A DNA stretch of 64,000 nt from contig MU061579.1 in the NCBI GenBank assembly GCA_013265495.1, forward strand, positions 959,159 through 1,023,158. Direction: 5' to 3'. The position numbers were made by a program, and so were the translations under genes. The DNA is from Vicugna vicugna (lineage: Eukaryota). Under the pieces are notes generated by a model. The model ran no database searches. It was not told where the DNA came from and worked only from the letters and a program-made list of their open reading frames with translations. Positions 1 to 11,295 of this stretch are shown piece after piece. Numbering within the stretch: the first letter of the stretch is position 1; every line of letters begins with the position of its first letter.

Positions 1-36
1 CACACACACATACACACACATATGCATACACACACA
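1..36. repeat. Imperfect (CA)n microsatellite, truncated by window start
   Basis: cacacacacatacacacacatatgcatacacacaca seen directly. Confidence 0.9.
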
Positions 37-1349
37 AATAGATATAATCTCAAAGTGGACACCGGTCCTCTTAACCAGCAGAGAAAAAGACTGTTAATTA
101 ATGAGAGTTTTACAAAGCCAAGTGTCTGTTTTTTCCCTGATATTGACCTTTTAAAATGAAGGCTTTTAATTGACAAATCTTAAATAGATCAGCCAAATAG
201 TGATAGTCTTTTTCAAGACTGTACTTTAACCCACTCTCACTTACACATTCTATTTATGCACATCTTAATTAGCCAGGAGATGAGTGGCCAGAAAAATACA
301 GAGTTTTAAGGTTTTAGAACACAGAATATTAGTGTGTCTGACTGAGAAATCTGTTTTTCATGAGAGATTGTCTGCTCACCAAATAAATTCCTTACCATCT
401 ATCTATCACAGGCTTCAATTTTCCAACAGAATAGCCTGATTCATCACTGTTATGCCAACGACACTCTGCTCTATCTGTTGGTGCCTACTGATTCCCCTGG
501 GGGAAACGTTAATCTTTCAGGCTTCTGTGGAAGGTATTAGGTTTGATATCACAGAATTTCTCGCACCTAGGAAATACTAGAAGAGAGGATATGCATTGAC
601 TTTGACTATTCATACAGGAATTTTAGACACTGAAAGTGGGAAAAAATCTCAGAGAATTTATATTAAAAAAAAAACAAACCTTCAGTGTGTCCATGATGAA
701 GGTGAGACCCAGAGAAGAAAACATGACATGGCTTTGACCACCAATCCAATTAGGTAAAAGATTCAAACACTAGTTTTCTAATTGTAAACCCTGTATTAAA
801 TAGTCTATATATACCTTCTACCCCAGGCCACAAGACAAATTATAGCCTCAATGTGATAATGCTAGAAAGACTCAGTTACATGATGCTGACAGCCATTTTT
901 TCTTTCCCTTTATATTTTGATCACTCTACCACTCAACACCTTCTGGATCTCTGTACCTCTCTTGGTCCTCTCCTCCTACTCTTGGTATTTATTCTTCTAA
1001 TTACTTATAAAATACTTTTTTTAAAAAAAGTATTTTATCAGTTGTTGTCAAACCAAGTTTTACTCAAAGAGAGACCACTTCAGTTTCTACCATTGCCTCT
1101 GTCCTATTTTCACTACACATGTTGCCTTTTCTCACCCATACATACTTATATTCCATTAGCCACTATTGTCTACTGCTAGACTCTGATTTCTGGTTCTCTG
1201 GCTTCTAAAACCAGCCTCCTAAGTTCTGGGGGTGAAAATCACAATCATTCATTGTCCTGCCATCTGACCCTTGGAGATGCCATCTATGATGGGGTAGAGT
1301 TTTGGGAAAGGTGAAATGGGAACAATTTGGAATTACACCATTTATGTTT

Positions 1350-1760
1350 TCATTCATTCACTTGGGCCTGGGTCTCAGTGGTTTATGAGAAGGCAATATA
1401 GCAGGAAAAATTCAGAAAATCTTTTGTCCTCACAAAATTTATATTCTAATAAGGGAGGTAAATGATCAACAAATAAAAATAAATGGCTACATAATGCAAT
1501 GTAATGTACAGAAACTGCATGAAAAAAAGTAAAGCAGTGACAGGAAATACAGAGTAATGTAGTTGATGGGATGTTTTAGGTTATTATGTTCAGGGAGAGT
1601 TTGCTAAGGAATAAGTTTTGGGCAGAGATCTGAATGAAGAGATTATTCTAATAACTCTGGAAGGAGCACTTTTGGAGTGAGAGCAGCCATGAGAAGATCA
1701 CAATAGGGAGTAAAATGTTTCATTTGTGGAAAAAATAACTAAGGCCAGACTGACAGGATG
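1350..1760 (-). mobile_element. L2 LINE 3' fragment, degraded
   Basis: cattcattca start and ...tatattctaataagggag...gcagagatctgaatgaagag, typical of antisense L2. Confidence 0.6.
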
Positions 1761-1769
1761 CACAGTAAC

Positions 1770-2055
1770 ATCTTACATACAACAATATGGGTGAATCTTA
1801 AACCTTCTGTTTAGCATAATAAATTACAATTTGATTACATTCCTAAGAAGCTCAAAAAAGGACAAAATAATTTATGATGTTAAAACAATAATTTATGTTG
1901 GGGAGAAAGGGGCAAACTGTATGGTTCCCTCTAAAGAGTTTGGAGTATTTCATTTTTTGATCATGGAATATTCTTTCCATAAAAATTCATTGAGTTTTAC
2001 ACACATAATTAATGTTCTCTTCTGTAGCAACTTTACTACAATAAGTATATTTTAG
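1770..2055 (+). mobile_element. Old L1 (L1ME-like) 3' UTR fragment
   Basis: acatacaacaatatgggtgaatctta...aaaataatttatgatgtta...aaaattcattgag resembles old L1M 3' ends. Confidence 0.6.
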
Positions 2056-2814
2056 AAGTCTAAGTGCAGGGAAAGGACATAAGCCACACATTGGGGAAAG
2101 TCAATTGCAATACCAGGAACAGAGACGCCATCAATCTAGGTCCTGAAATGAAAACACCATTGTATATTGTAGTAATTCGGCAGATATCTACTAGCACATC
2201 CTACAGAATAGATGAATTTCTAAAAAGCAACATTACTCAGGTTCTAACAGGGAGGAACTTACAGTAGCTTTTAAGAGCTAAACCAGACAATTGAAATGCA
2301 TTTTAAAACAATGGGACTTCCAAAATGGTGGCATTCATACTATTCTATGGAATATAGTATAAAGCTATTGTTCAGTAGAAGAGACCAAGTACATATGAGG
2401 CAAGTGAACATTTGTTCATTAGGAATTTTATGAAGACAGATATTAATGAGCTGACATGTTGTTCCACTACTTAAGGTCCTTGGTTTATTTCTCCATGCCT
2501 ATTCAGATAAGATCTGAATTCTTTATAATGGCTTATTTCTCTCTTTTTTCTTCCTCACATGCTTCATTTTTCACTGAACACATACGTCCTGAAAATGCCT
2601 TCTCTTATCATTACACCTGTACTCACTGCTATTTTTGCGCTGAAATTTGCTGAAATATTCATCTGGCTAATTCTTTCTCATCATCTATACATTTCTTTCT
2701 CAGTGATATTCTTAACTCCCCAATATGGACTTTTGCCCTTTGTTTGAACCTCTAACATAGGACACTGACATGGCAACCATCACTTCCTGTTATTAGTGCT
2801 TCTCACCTCTCTAC

Positions 2815-2930
2815 TCCTGGCTGAACTGTAGAGCAGATGCTGTCTTGTCCACTGCTGAATACACACCACCAAGCACAGAGTCTGGCACATAAGTGAGGCT
2901 TGATTCTTCTTGCTGAATGAATAAATGGAA
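2815..2930 (+). mobile_element. L2 3' terminus
   Basis: tgtcttgtccactgctg...agcacagagtctggcacataagt...ttgctgaatgaataaatg, the canonical L2 tail. Confidence 0.75.
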
Positions 2931-5190
2931 TGGAAGGAAAGAAGGAGGAGAGAAGAAATCAAGGAAGGACTGGATGGTGGAAAGACAAGACTGGACTAGA
3001 AATCTCTTTATTCCTGGCCCAAGGTTTTTCCTTTAAGAATGATCTACTCGAATGGATCTAGGGACAAGCAGAAATAAAAATTACAAAAATGATTCAAGAG
3101 GAAATTTGGGGGCTCTGACGACTCTTTAAAGGCATCTCTTCTGTTACAGTTTACTTGTGTCTTCTGAGAGTGCTAATGTGTGGCCAGATAATCTGATTTT
3201 TGTTTGTTTATTTGCTTAAAGGTAATCCATTGAAATGGTGGCTAGTAATTCTAGTGCCACTGTCATCTTTATATTGCTAATTTGTGATTGATATGCTTAA
3301 CAACAGTGCAAAATTTTTCTGCCTCAATTTTAAACCCTGCTTTTTGCTAATCTTCTACCATAGTCCATTCTAGATATTTCATCTTCAGAATGATGATGAT
3401 ATCTTCAATTTTTCTTAAAGCACTGCCCTAAAGTTCTGAAGTTTTATTTGGTACATTCTCATGTGTCTTGAAAAAAAAGTCAATAGTGGTCGGTCTCCTC
3501 AATGTGACAGAAAGAAAGACAGTGTTTTTTATTTGACCTGATATTTTAACAAAATCATCTCATAAATTAACAAGTATTGGGAGCTTTTCCTTAATTTTTA
3601 TTTTTTCCAATAAATTTGGAAGACTACGATATATGCTCTCTTGTCTTCTAATAATTCATTCTCTTTAATTATTTAAATGTATCATTGGACAAATAATTCT
3701 GCATTGGATTTGATTTTACATTTTTCTTGTATTTGAATTCCTATTTCTCTGTTTATGTTATGACACTTTTTTTGTACTCAGTTTTGAACAAAAGCAGCTA
3801 GAAGATCATATGCATCTGAAACTATAGTGACACAGATTATTTGGGCATAATCTTAAACAACTCAAAAGAGTTACCTGTTCTATTTTTTGCCTGTTGAGCC
3901 ATAGATGGCTATCTCAGTTGTAAGTTAGAATTACCATTAAAACTTGTTTGTAATAATATATCATCTACCAAAAGAAAAAGTATCCATTTGACCTCTTCTA
4001 ACTCTGGTTTTATTATTGAGCATTTAGCAGAATATTCACAATTTTAATGAGGTAAACTAAATTCTCCAATAAAGAACTTTAAGTTTATAAATCTGAGATT
4101 GTACATCAGGTTGTAAGTTGGGGATAACAGCTTATTTCCAGGGTAATTAAATAGTAATAAAATAGGCACATTTCCTAGGCCATAGTCACAGATGTGAGAA
4201 GGGGAGAATTTTCAGCCTCGTGCAACACAAGAAGTATACATCTTTTAAAATCATCATTAGCTCCCAAGATTATAAGTAATATTTGATATTTTCCCCAGAA
4301 TTTTCTATAATCCCAATTTACTTGTGTTCATTCACTCTGGGATTCACTTCTAAACTGTATGGTGTATAGCATCATTTTAACTTCTCACTGTCTTTATTCT
4401 TAGTGCCCTCACCCCAGATTTGTTTCTGTGAAGGCTAATAGGCAAAGTTGGACATATTGAGGAGAAAGTCTTTGCTATGAGGCTTTCTCACATATCAGTT
4501 TTCATAAGCCTCATTAAACATATGTTTGTAATTGAGTCTTACTGTGCTCAATTATCTAGAGTAATCCAAGACAAAAGCATGGTTGAGCCAACATCATTGA
4601 TTTTAATTTCCTTTCCATTATAGTAGGTACATGATTAAGTTGCTGTCTCTTGGTAGAAAGCCAACAGCTACTATTTTATAGAATATTTTTGCTTTTTTCT
4701 GAAGAAGTTTGCAATTAATTTACCAAAATGTTATTGATCACCTTCTATTTTTGACTTAACTGTCTTATGCTGATACTTGAAAGACAAAGGAGAAACAAGA
4801 AGCTCAATGGAGGCATAAGCCAGATATGCAAATGAGTAACTGTCTTTTAAGGTGACCTACAGATTGTGCTAGAATGATGGTTACTATGGTTACCTTCAGA
4901 GAAATAGTGAGGATTAAAAAGAAAAACATGAAAAAATTAAACTATTTACCTGTTCTGTTACTATTAACTATGTTAATTATTTATCTTTGTTATGATTGAG
5001 AAAAAAATACACAAGAAGAAAATATTTTCTTCATTAAAAGACGAGTAAGAGAAAACATTTAATACCTCTGCATGAACATTTAAAAATTCACTTTTTGTAG
5101 GAGAGTATAGTCCTACATCAGAGATGTAGCTCTCATTTAGCTTAATCCAACAGCAGAATCTTCAACTGCTGCAAGCTATGATTTCTACTC

Positions 5191-6320
5191 TGTGTATCAG
5201 TTAGATTTTGCTTTTCAGTAAAAAAAAAAAAAAATACAATTTAGCAGTTTAAAACAATACTTGAATCAGTTTCCTAATGCTAGATAACAATACCAGGAAT
5301 TCAGCAGCTTAAAATAATACAGTGTTATTACATTACAGTTTCTATGTGTCAGGAGTCCACAAAGCTGAATCAAAGTGTTGGCTGGCTGTGTCTTCACCTA
5401 TAGGGTTGACTTAGGAAAGATCCACTTCCAAGATCTCGCAGGTTTTAGTTTTAGGCAGAATTCAATTCCTTGTAGTTGCAGAACCACGGTCTGGATTATC
5501 TTGCTAGGTATTGGCTGGTTACTGTTTCGGCTCCTAGAAATTGCTCTCAGGTCTTTGCCATTCAGCCCCTTTCTACTCCGCCCTGAAGCAACTCTCTTGA
5601 GTCAAAATCCTCTCATGCTTTGATCTTACTAAGCACCTTCTTTTGAGAGTAGCCAGAGAAAACTTTTAAAGCGCTCATGAGATTAGATCAAGCTCATCCA
5701 GATAATCCAGATAATCTCTGAAGGTCAACTGTGCCATATGTCATAACCTAATCATGGAAGGAAAACCCATCAAATTCAGAATCTCAGGGATATAGTATGT
5801 GTATATAAGACAGGTGAGAAATCCGGCCTGTCATAACCAATTTATAAATCTCATTAAGGTACTGGCCTGAGCTCAGCTAGTGAATTCTTCTGTATAGGAT
5901 ATTATTGGGGTTACATATGCAGCTGCAGTCAGCTGGACATTAGGCTGGGGCTGGGATTTTTTATGATGACCTTCTATTGAAGAGTTTAATGGAGAGTTGA
6001 TTGAGGCCTCTCTCCACCTTGATTCATCCTCCATCAGGGTAGTCTAGTGCTTATTACTATAGCAGTGGTAAGAGCTCTGAGATGGAGAGAGAGAGAGAGA
6101 AACAGGGAGAGACAGAGAGAGAGAGAAAGAGGGAGGGAGGGAGAGAAAGAGAGAGAATAACTGTACAAAGCTTTAGATGCTGAATTCATGCTTTGTCCCT
6201 TCTACCATACTGTGGCCAAAGAAAGCCAGAAGTCCTGCCCAGATTAAGTGAGTGGAGAAATACACTCCACATCTTTAAGAAAAAGGAAGAATCTGTGCTT
6301 CTTTTTACTATCTACCACAC
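5191..6320 (-). mobile_element. MaLR LTR (MLT1H/G-like), split by a second MLT1 LTR at ~5261-5835
   Basis: tgtatcagttag...ttaaaacaa start, resumes at ~5836 (gcagctgcagtcagctgg), ends tctaccaca; contains a (GA)n tract at ~6085-6155. Confidence 0.65.
5261..5835 (-). mobile_element. MaLR LTR (MLT1E-like), nested
   Basis: tcagtttccta...cagcttaaaataa...ggcagaattcaattccttgtagttg...gataatctc...aggtcaactgtgccata, MLT1E-type motifs. Confidence 0.75.
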
Positions 6321-7019
6321 TTACTTCTAGGTAAGATTAATTAGGAGAGAGAAGAAAAGGTTGCTAAGGGAAAATATATATTCATAAATATACAATGATT
6401 TAACATTTATATAATGTATTCTAAGAATTAATACTAGAATTATACAGTCAGTATTTTTGGCTTGGATGATCTCAAAGAAAATTAAAATTTAGATGAGCCA
6501 GATAAACAAAACTCAAAAATAAGTTAATTTTTACAGCTATCTTGATGCAAGAGGATAGGTAAGAGGGGACACTTTTAGCTAAAACTACATTTATTTATTC
6601 TGTTTCAGTCTTGATTTGACCAGATTCTTCATATTTCAAGTGGTGGAATAAAAATCTTTGACTTGTCTTTCACATTTTATTCTCTGGGATGTATGCATAT
6701 ACAATGAAAGTAAAAACCACAAAACATCCTTCCTTTGTAACCGTTGTTTTAGCTTTTATAAATATTTCTATTTCTGTTTATCATAGCAGGTTGAAGGAAC
6801 TTTGCAAAACCTAAATAGCCTTTTCCCATCTAATCAAGATTTGTTATGTGTCAACATTTTCCCCTTGCTTTGCAAAATCTCACAGGAAGATAATGGATAA
6901 AAGAACTGAAGGAGACACATCTATTTATTCATTGGACTCCTAGTCTCTCTTAGACAATGATATTCAATTTACAGCATGAGTCAAGTGGGCGAAACTGAAC
7001 ATCTTCTCTACAATCAATA

Positions 7020-7499
7020 TTATCTTAATAGCCCAAGTGGTAGGAGTACGGCATCTAATACATTTTGGACATAAGAGCCATTTTAAATTTTATCCCCATT
7101 GGAATTAAAAAGCTTTGTTTCCATAACAGTTCAAAATAGTAAAAGATACTCCAAAGACTTATATATATAATGTTGGTAGTTTTGCCTTTTGCTAGAATAC
7201 AAGACCCTGAGAGTGTATATAGCTCAGCTTGTTGGACCAAAGCAGCCAAAGATAAAGGTGCTGCTTCAATTGTTTTAAAAAGAGTTGATATGGGATATCC
7301 AGCATAATATTTGCCATCTGTGAGCCATGAGAAATCTACATTATCCAAAGTACTTTCTTGTGAGTCATTATGAGGGGTCCAGGGGTGATTTGTCAGAGTC
7401 ACACAGTCATGAGTATTCCCCTTTGTTTAAGAAGGAAGACGTGTAGCAGTAATAAAGTTATCAGAGTGAGAATAAGTTAAATGGGAAGCAGTTAGCAAG
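7020..7499 (-). pseudogene. pol: ERV1 pol connection/RNase H fragment with stops and frameshifts
   Basis: Minus translation HDCVTLTNH...LDNVDFSWLTDG...YAGY...VQQAELYTLSGSCILAKGKTTNI matches the class I retroviral RNase H pattern (WFTDGS, AQxAEL, LAxGKxxNIY). Confidence 0.85.
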
Positions 7500-8390
7500 A
7501 GAACACATGAAAAGATGGTCAACACCACTAATCATTGGGGAAATGCAAATCAATACCACAGTGAGATATCACCTTACACCTGTCAGAATGCTGTTATCAA
7601 AAAGACAATAAATAACAAGCGTGGTGAAGATATGGGGAAAAGGGAACAATTGTACATTGTTGGTGGGAATGTAAATTGGTGTAGTCATTCTGAAAGACAA
7701 TATGGGGATTTCACAAAAAATTAAACATAACACTACCATATGATCCAGAGATTCTACTTCCAGCAATTCCACTTCTGAAGAAAACAAAAACACTAATTTG
7801 AAAAGATACATGCACCCTTAAGTTCATTGCAGCATTATTTATAATAGCCAAGATATGAAAGCAACCTAAGTATTCATCAATAGATGAATCGGCAAAGAAT
7901 AAGTGATACATGAATATAATGGAATATTATTCAACTGTAAAAAAGAATGAAATCTTCCCATTTGCCGCAATATGATTAGCCCTAGAGGGTATTTTGTTAA
8001 GTGAAATAAATCAGACCGGAAAAGGAAAATACTGTATGATTTCACTTATATATACAATCTAATAAAACAAAACAACTGAACAAACTTAACAAAACATAAA
8101 GAAACTCAGAGAACAAACAGTAATCTGGCAGAAGAGAAGAGTGAGTGGAAGGGTAAAATGAGTGAGATTAAGAGTTACAAACTTCCAGTTACAAAATAAT
8201 TGTCATCATGATGTAACATATAGCATGGGAAATATTGTAAATAATATTGTAAATATCCCTGTATGGTGACAAATGGTAACTAGGCTTACCTTGATGATTA
8301 TTTTATAATTTATAGAAATATTGAATTACTGTGTTGTACACCCAGAACTAACAGTGTTGTAGGTCAATATACTACAATTAAAAAATAAAA
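7500..8390 (+). mobile_element. 5'-truncated L1 (ORF2 C-terminus and 3' UTR; L1MA9/artiodactyl-like)
   Basis: cacatgaaaagatg...gaaatgcaaatcaa...tggtgggaatgtaaattgg...ctaccatatgatccag...A-rich tail ending at 8390. Confidence 0.95.
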
Positions 8391-8830
8391 GCTACCTGAG
8401 TAGACTCAATATTTGAAGGAAGACCAGAATTTTATTTAAAGACAATTTGGAGCCAGTCATAATATTTGTACATGAGCTCATTTGGCTTCTGAGTACAAGC
8501 CTGAATCTTATTCCAATCAACAGGATTTGAGAATCCCCTAGGAATTGCCTGATGAAGGCGTTTAGCAATTGTATAAGCCTGATCATATAACAAGCCAGCA
8601 GGGTCAGGTCCTGGCTCTAAATCTGAAGACCTTTCAGGGTTTTCTCAACTAGCAGTTTTCATACAGTGTTAAGCCTGGCCTTCACTGACAAGCATATAAG
8701 CTAGATGATATAAGCCAGAGAAACTAGGTTAGTAAGTTTAGATTGGTATATTCAGCTCCTCAGGAAAACTTTGAGGACCCCTGGTTACTCTGGAAGAATC
8801 TTTTAGTATGATTCATAGCTCAGCTTTAGC
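8391..8830 (-). pseudogene. gag: ERV1 gag capsid fragment with in-frame stops
   Basis: Minus translation ...LYHLAYMLVSEGQA*...RLHQAIPRGFSNPVDWNKIQACTQKPNE...LQIVFK*NSGLP resembles the gamma-like capsid major homology region. Confidence 0.8.
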
Positions 8831-9758
8831 CCAAAGAATGTAAAAAATTAGGAGTTCAGAATTTGGATCCTCAGAGGGTCTGACTTGAAAGGGAGGGGTG
8901 GGTGGGTAATAGGTTCAGAAGAAAAGAAAATGAGGAAAGATTTGGAGAAAAATGGAAAGCCAGTTAGAGATTGGAAAGTGGAGGATATAAAGAAGGTGGA
9001 ACTGATGCAAAAGCAAAGGAGGAAGATGGTTCACGGGTCAGGCTTCAGTATCAGATGGCTGTTGTGTCTCTGGGGACAAAGGAGATGGAGATAAACAAGA
9101 TGGTACTTGAGACAAAAAGGACAGTGGAGGGGAGACAAGACCTCTGCCGCTTTTTCTGTTTTCTTTCAATTGTTTGTTTCCCGCAGATTAGTTTCAAAAC
9201 GATTTTTTTTAAGAAGGTAATTTTAGAATTCTAAATACAGGAATCCTCAAGATACCAAAAATAAGTATCCCATATAATTTGTTTAATTTTAGAGCCATGG
9301 CTTTCGAATTTGGTTCTTATAAAAACAAGTTTTGGGTGGTCAAAATTCCCCATAATGGCCACTAAAGTTCTAAATTATTTTTGGTTAAGTAGCCCCATTT
9401 AGTTAAAAATGCACATGAGGTGGAACCATAGCTTTTAAACATAAAACTAGCAGAGATTCCAGAAGGAGAATCCTCCTAAAATAATTTATACAATGTGGAT
9501 GCCATTAATCAAGGTCAGAGGTTCAGGAAAACAAATGAGTATTCACAAGAAAGTAGAAAGCCTTAAAATAAATGCACAGTAAAATCAGAGTTCAAAACAG
9601 AAAAAAAAAAAACAAAAAAAAACAGTGCTTAGATCCAGGAGAAAACTTACCCTCAAACTCAGCAAGAAAGGTTCAGCAAGAAAGCAGTGATCTCAGTGGG
9701 CTCTGTGGATACTGACACCTTCTTCACCAGCCTCAGAGTTGTTGGGGGTTGTCTCTGG

Positions 9759-9776
9759 ATCCCACTTCTGACATCA
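9759..9776 (-). promoter_or_regulatory. Primer binding site complementary to tRNA-Leu(CAA)
   Basis: Minus strand TGATGTCAGAAGTGGGAT, 17/18 to TGGTGTCAGAAGTGGGAT, abutting the LTR. Confidence 0.85.
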
Positions 9777-10212
9777 TATAAAGTTAATCTTAAAACTAAA
9801 ATACATGGTTATTTTATTAGCAAAAGTAGTTCATTCAGGCTTAGCAGAGAACTTCAATTTGGGGGAAAAAACATGTTATGACAAAAACTGTAGGCAAGTC
9901 TGGAGAACATAGAAGAGGGACTTGCCTTTATAAAGGAATAGAGGAAATTGAAGGAGATGATTTCGAACTCAAGTTCTTTGGAGAAGAGTGAGAATTCAGG
10001 GTGGTGATGACTTACTGGCTGAGCTGTGATGATTCTCATTTGCTAGGCTATCGCTAGTCAAGGAGGAAATATTTCTTCCCCTTTCCTCAGGTATGTAAAG
10101 AAGGTTCTTCCTGTGGAGTCTGTAAACAATGGCTAGTGATAGTGCATGAGAACTCCCATTTCTGGTCCTCCCAGCTCCATTTTAAATAATGTTTACCTTG
10201 TCTACTTCCACA
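9777..10212 (-). mobile_element. 5' LTR of the ERV1 provirus
   Basis: Starts TGTGGAAG on minus, AATAAA on minus at ~9817-9822, ends next to the PBS. Confidence 0.75.
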
Positions 10213-10679
10213 AATGTATGAAATAGCCAATCTTCCATCTGCTGATAAAAATTTAATTACAGATTTTATTGTGTTTTTGAAATCAATAGGAATATTTACA
10301 GTAAAGTAATGATTTTTTGAGATTATGATTCACTTTAGAAAAAAGATAATGTTTCCTTCATAATATCCCCCAAATGATGCACATGGTTGAAACTTAAAAT
10401 GTGTGAGGAGAGACCATATTCAAGATCTTATAAGATGGATGAGGGTCCTAAATTAAACAAGAATATTCTTGGTTAATTGCCCTGGTTTAATGTTTATCCT
10501 AAAATACATAAGTAAAAACTTTACATGATGTTCAATAATTTCTTCTCTCATATTCCATCACTTACAAAGATGAAGTGAAATCATTTAACAATTGTTCTAA
10601 GTCATTGTTAGCATTTGCATTCCAGGATCCCAGATCACCAACCATTAGCCTTCTAGTGATGTCTTAATTCCATATTTTT

Positions 10680-10752
10680 TTTCTCCTTCTCTCCCTCCTT
10701 CTTTCTTCCCTTCCTTTTTATTCCTTACTCTCTTCTTTCCTTCCTTCTTTCA
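10680..10752. repeat. Pyrimidine-rich (TTCC)n-like low-complexity tract
   Basis: ttctccttctctccctccttctttcttcccttcc... seen directly. Confidence 0.8.
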
Positions 10753-10939
10753 GCAAATTGAATTATTTGAATATCTACTTTTACAAGAAAAGACTCCAGT
10801 GATATAGTGGTAAACCAAAAGCATAGTCCTAATTATCAAAGAATTAGGAATTTGTGGTCCAACAGAGAAAGCAAATATTAATAAACTAATTGAAAATCTA
10901 AACATTCAATTAATATATGTATTTAAGATGCAGGGACAT

Positions 10940-11295
10940 GGTATCATTGATTGAATTCATATGTTAAAGCTCTAGCCCTCAGTGTGATGGTATTTGGGGT
11001 TGGGGCATTTGGAAGATAGATATAGATCAAGTCATAAGTATGGGACTATCATGGTAGTGTTAGTGTCCTTATAAGAAGAGGAAGAAGGACAAGAGCTCTT
11101 GCTCTCTCCACTACATGAGGACAAAATGAGAATGATGCCATCTGCAAGCCAGGAGGAGGGCTCTCACCAGGAACCAAATCTGCCAGTGTTTGATCTTGAA
11201 CTATTAAGCCTTCAAAACTATAAGAAATAAATTTTGATTGTTTAAGCAATCCAGTCTACGGTACACTTGAGAACAGCCCAAACTGACTATTCAGA
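10940..11295 (+). mobile_element. MaLR LTR (MLT1A-like)
   Basis: aattcatatgttaaag...gtgatggtatttgg...ttagtgtccttataagaagagg...gccatctgcaagccagga...ctctcaccaggaacc...gaaataaattt. Confidence 0.9.

Larger units (their letters stand above)
7020..10212 (-). mobile_element. Decayed ERV1-type provirus: 5' LTR, PBS, leader, gag and pol RNase H; 3'-truncated and interrupted by L1
   Basis: LTR 9777-10212, PBS 9759-9776, gag and RNase H peptides on the minus strand, splice donor at ~9645-9653. Confidence 0.85.

Noticed and set aside
10070..10096. Further AG|GT recursive-like motifs (ttcctcag|gtatgt here; also ~6330 and ~58898)
   Set aside because: They lie within or next to repeats or have weak context, and their number is in line with chance.
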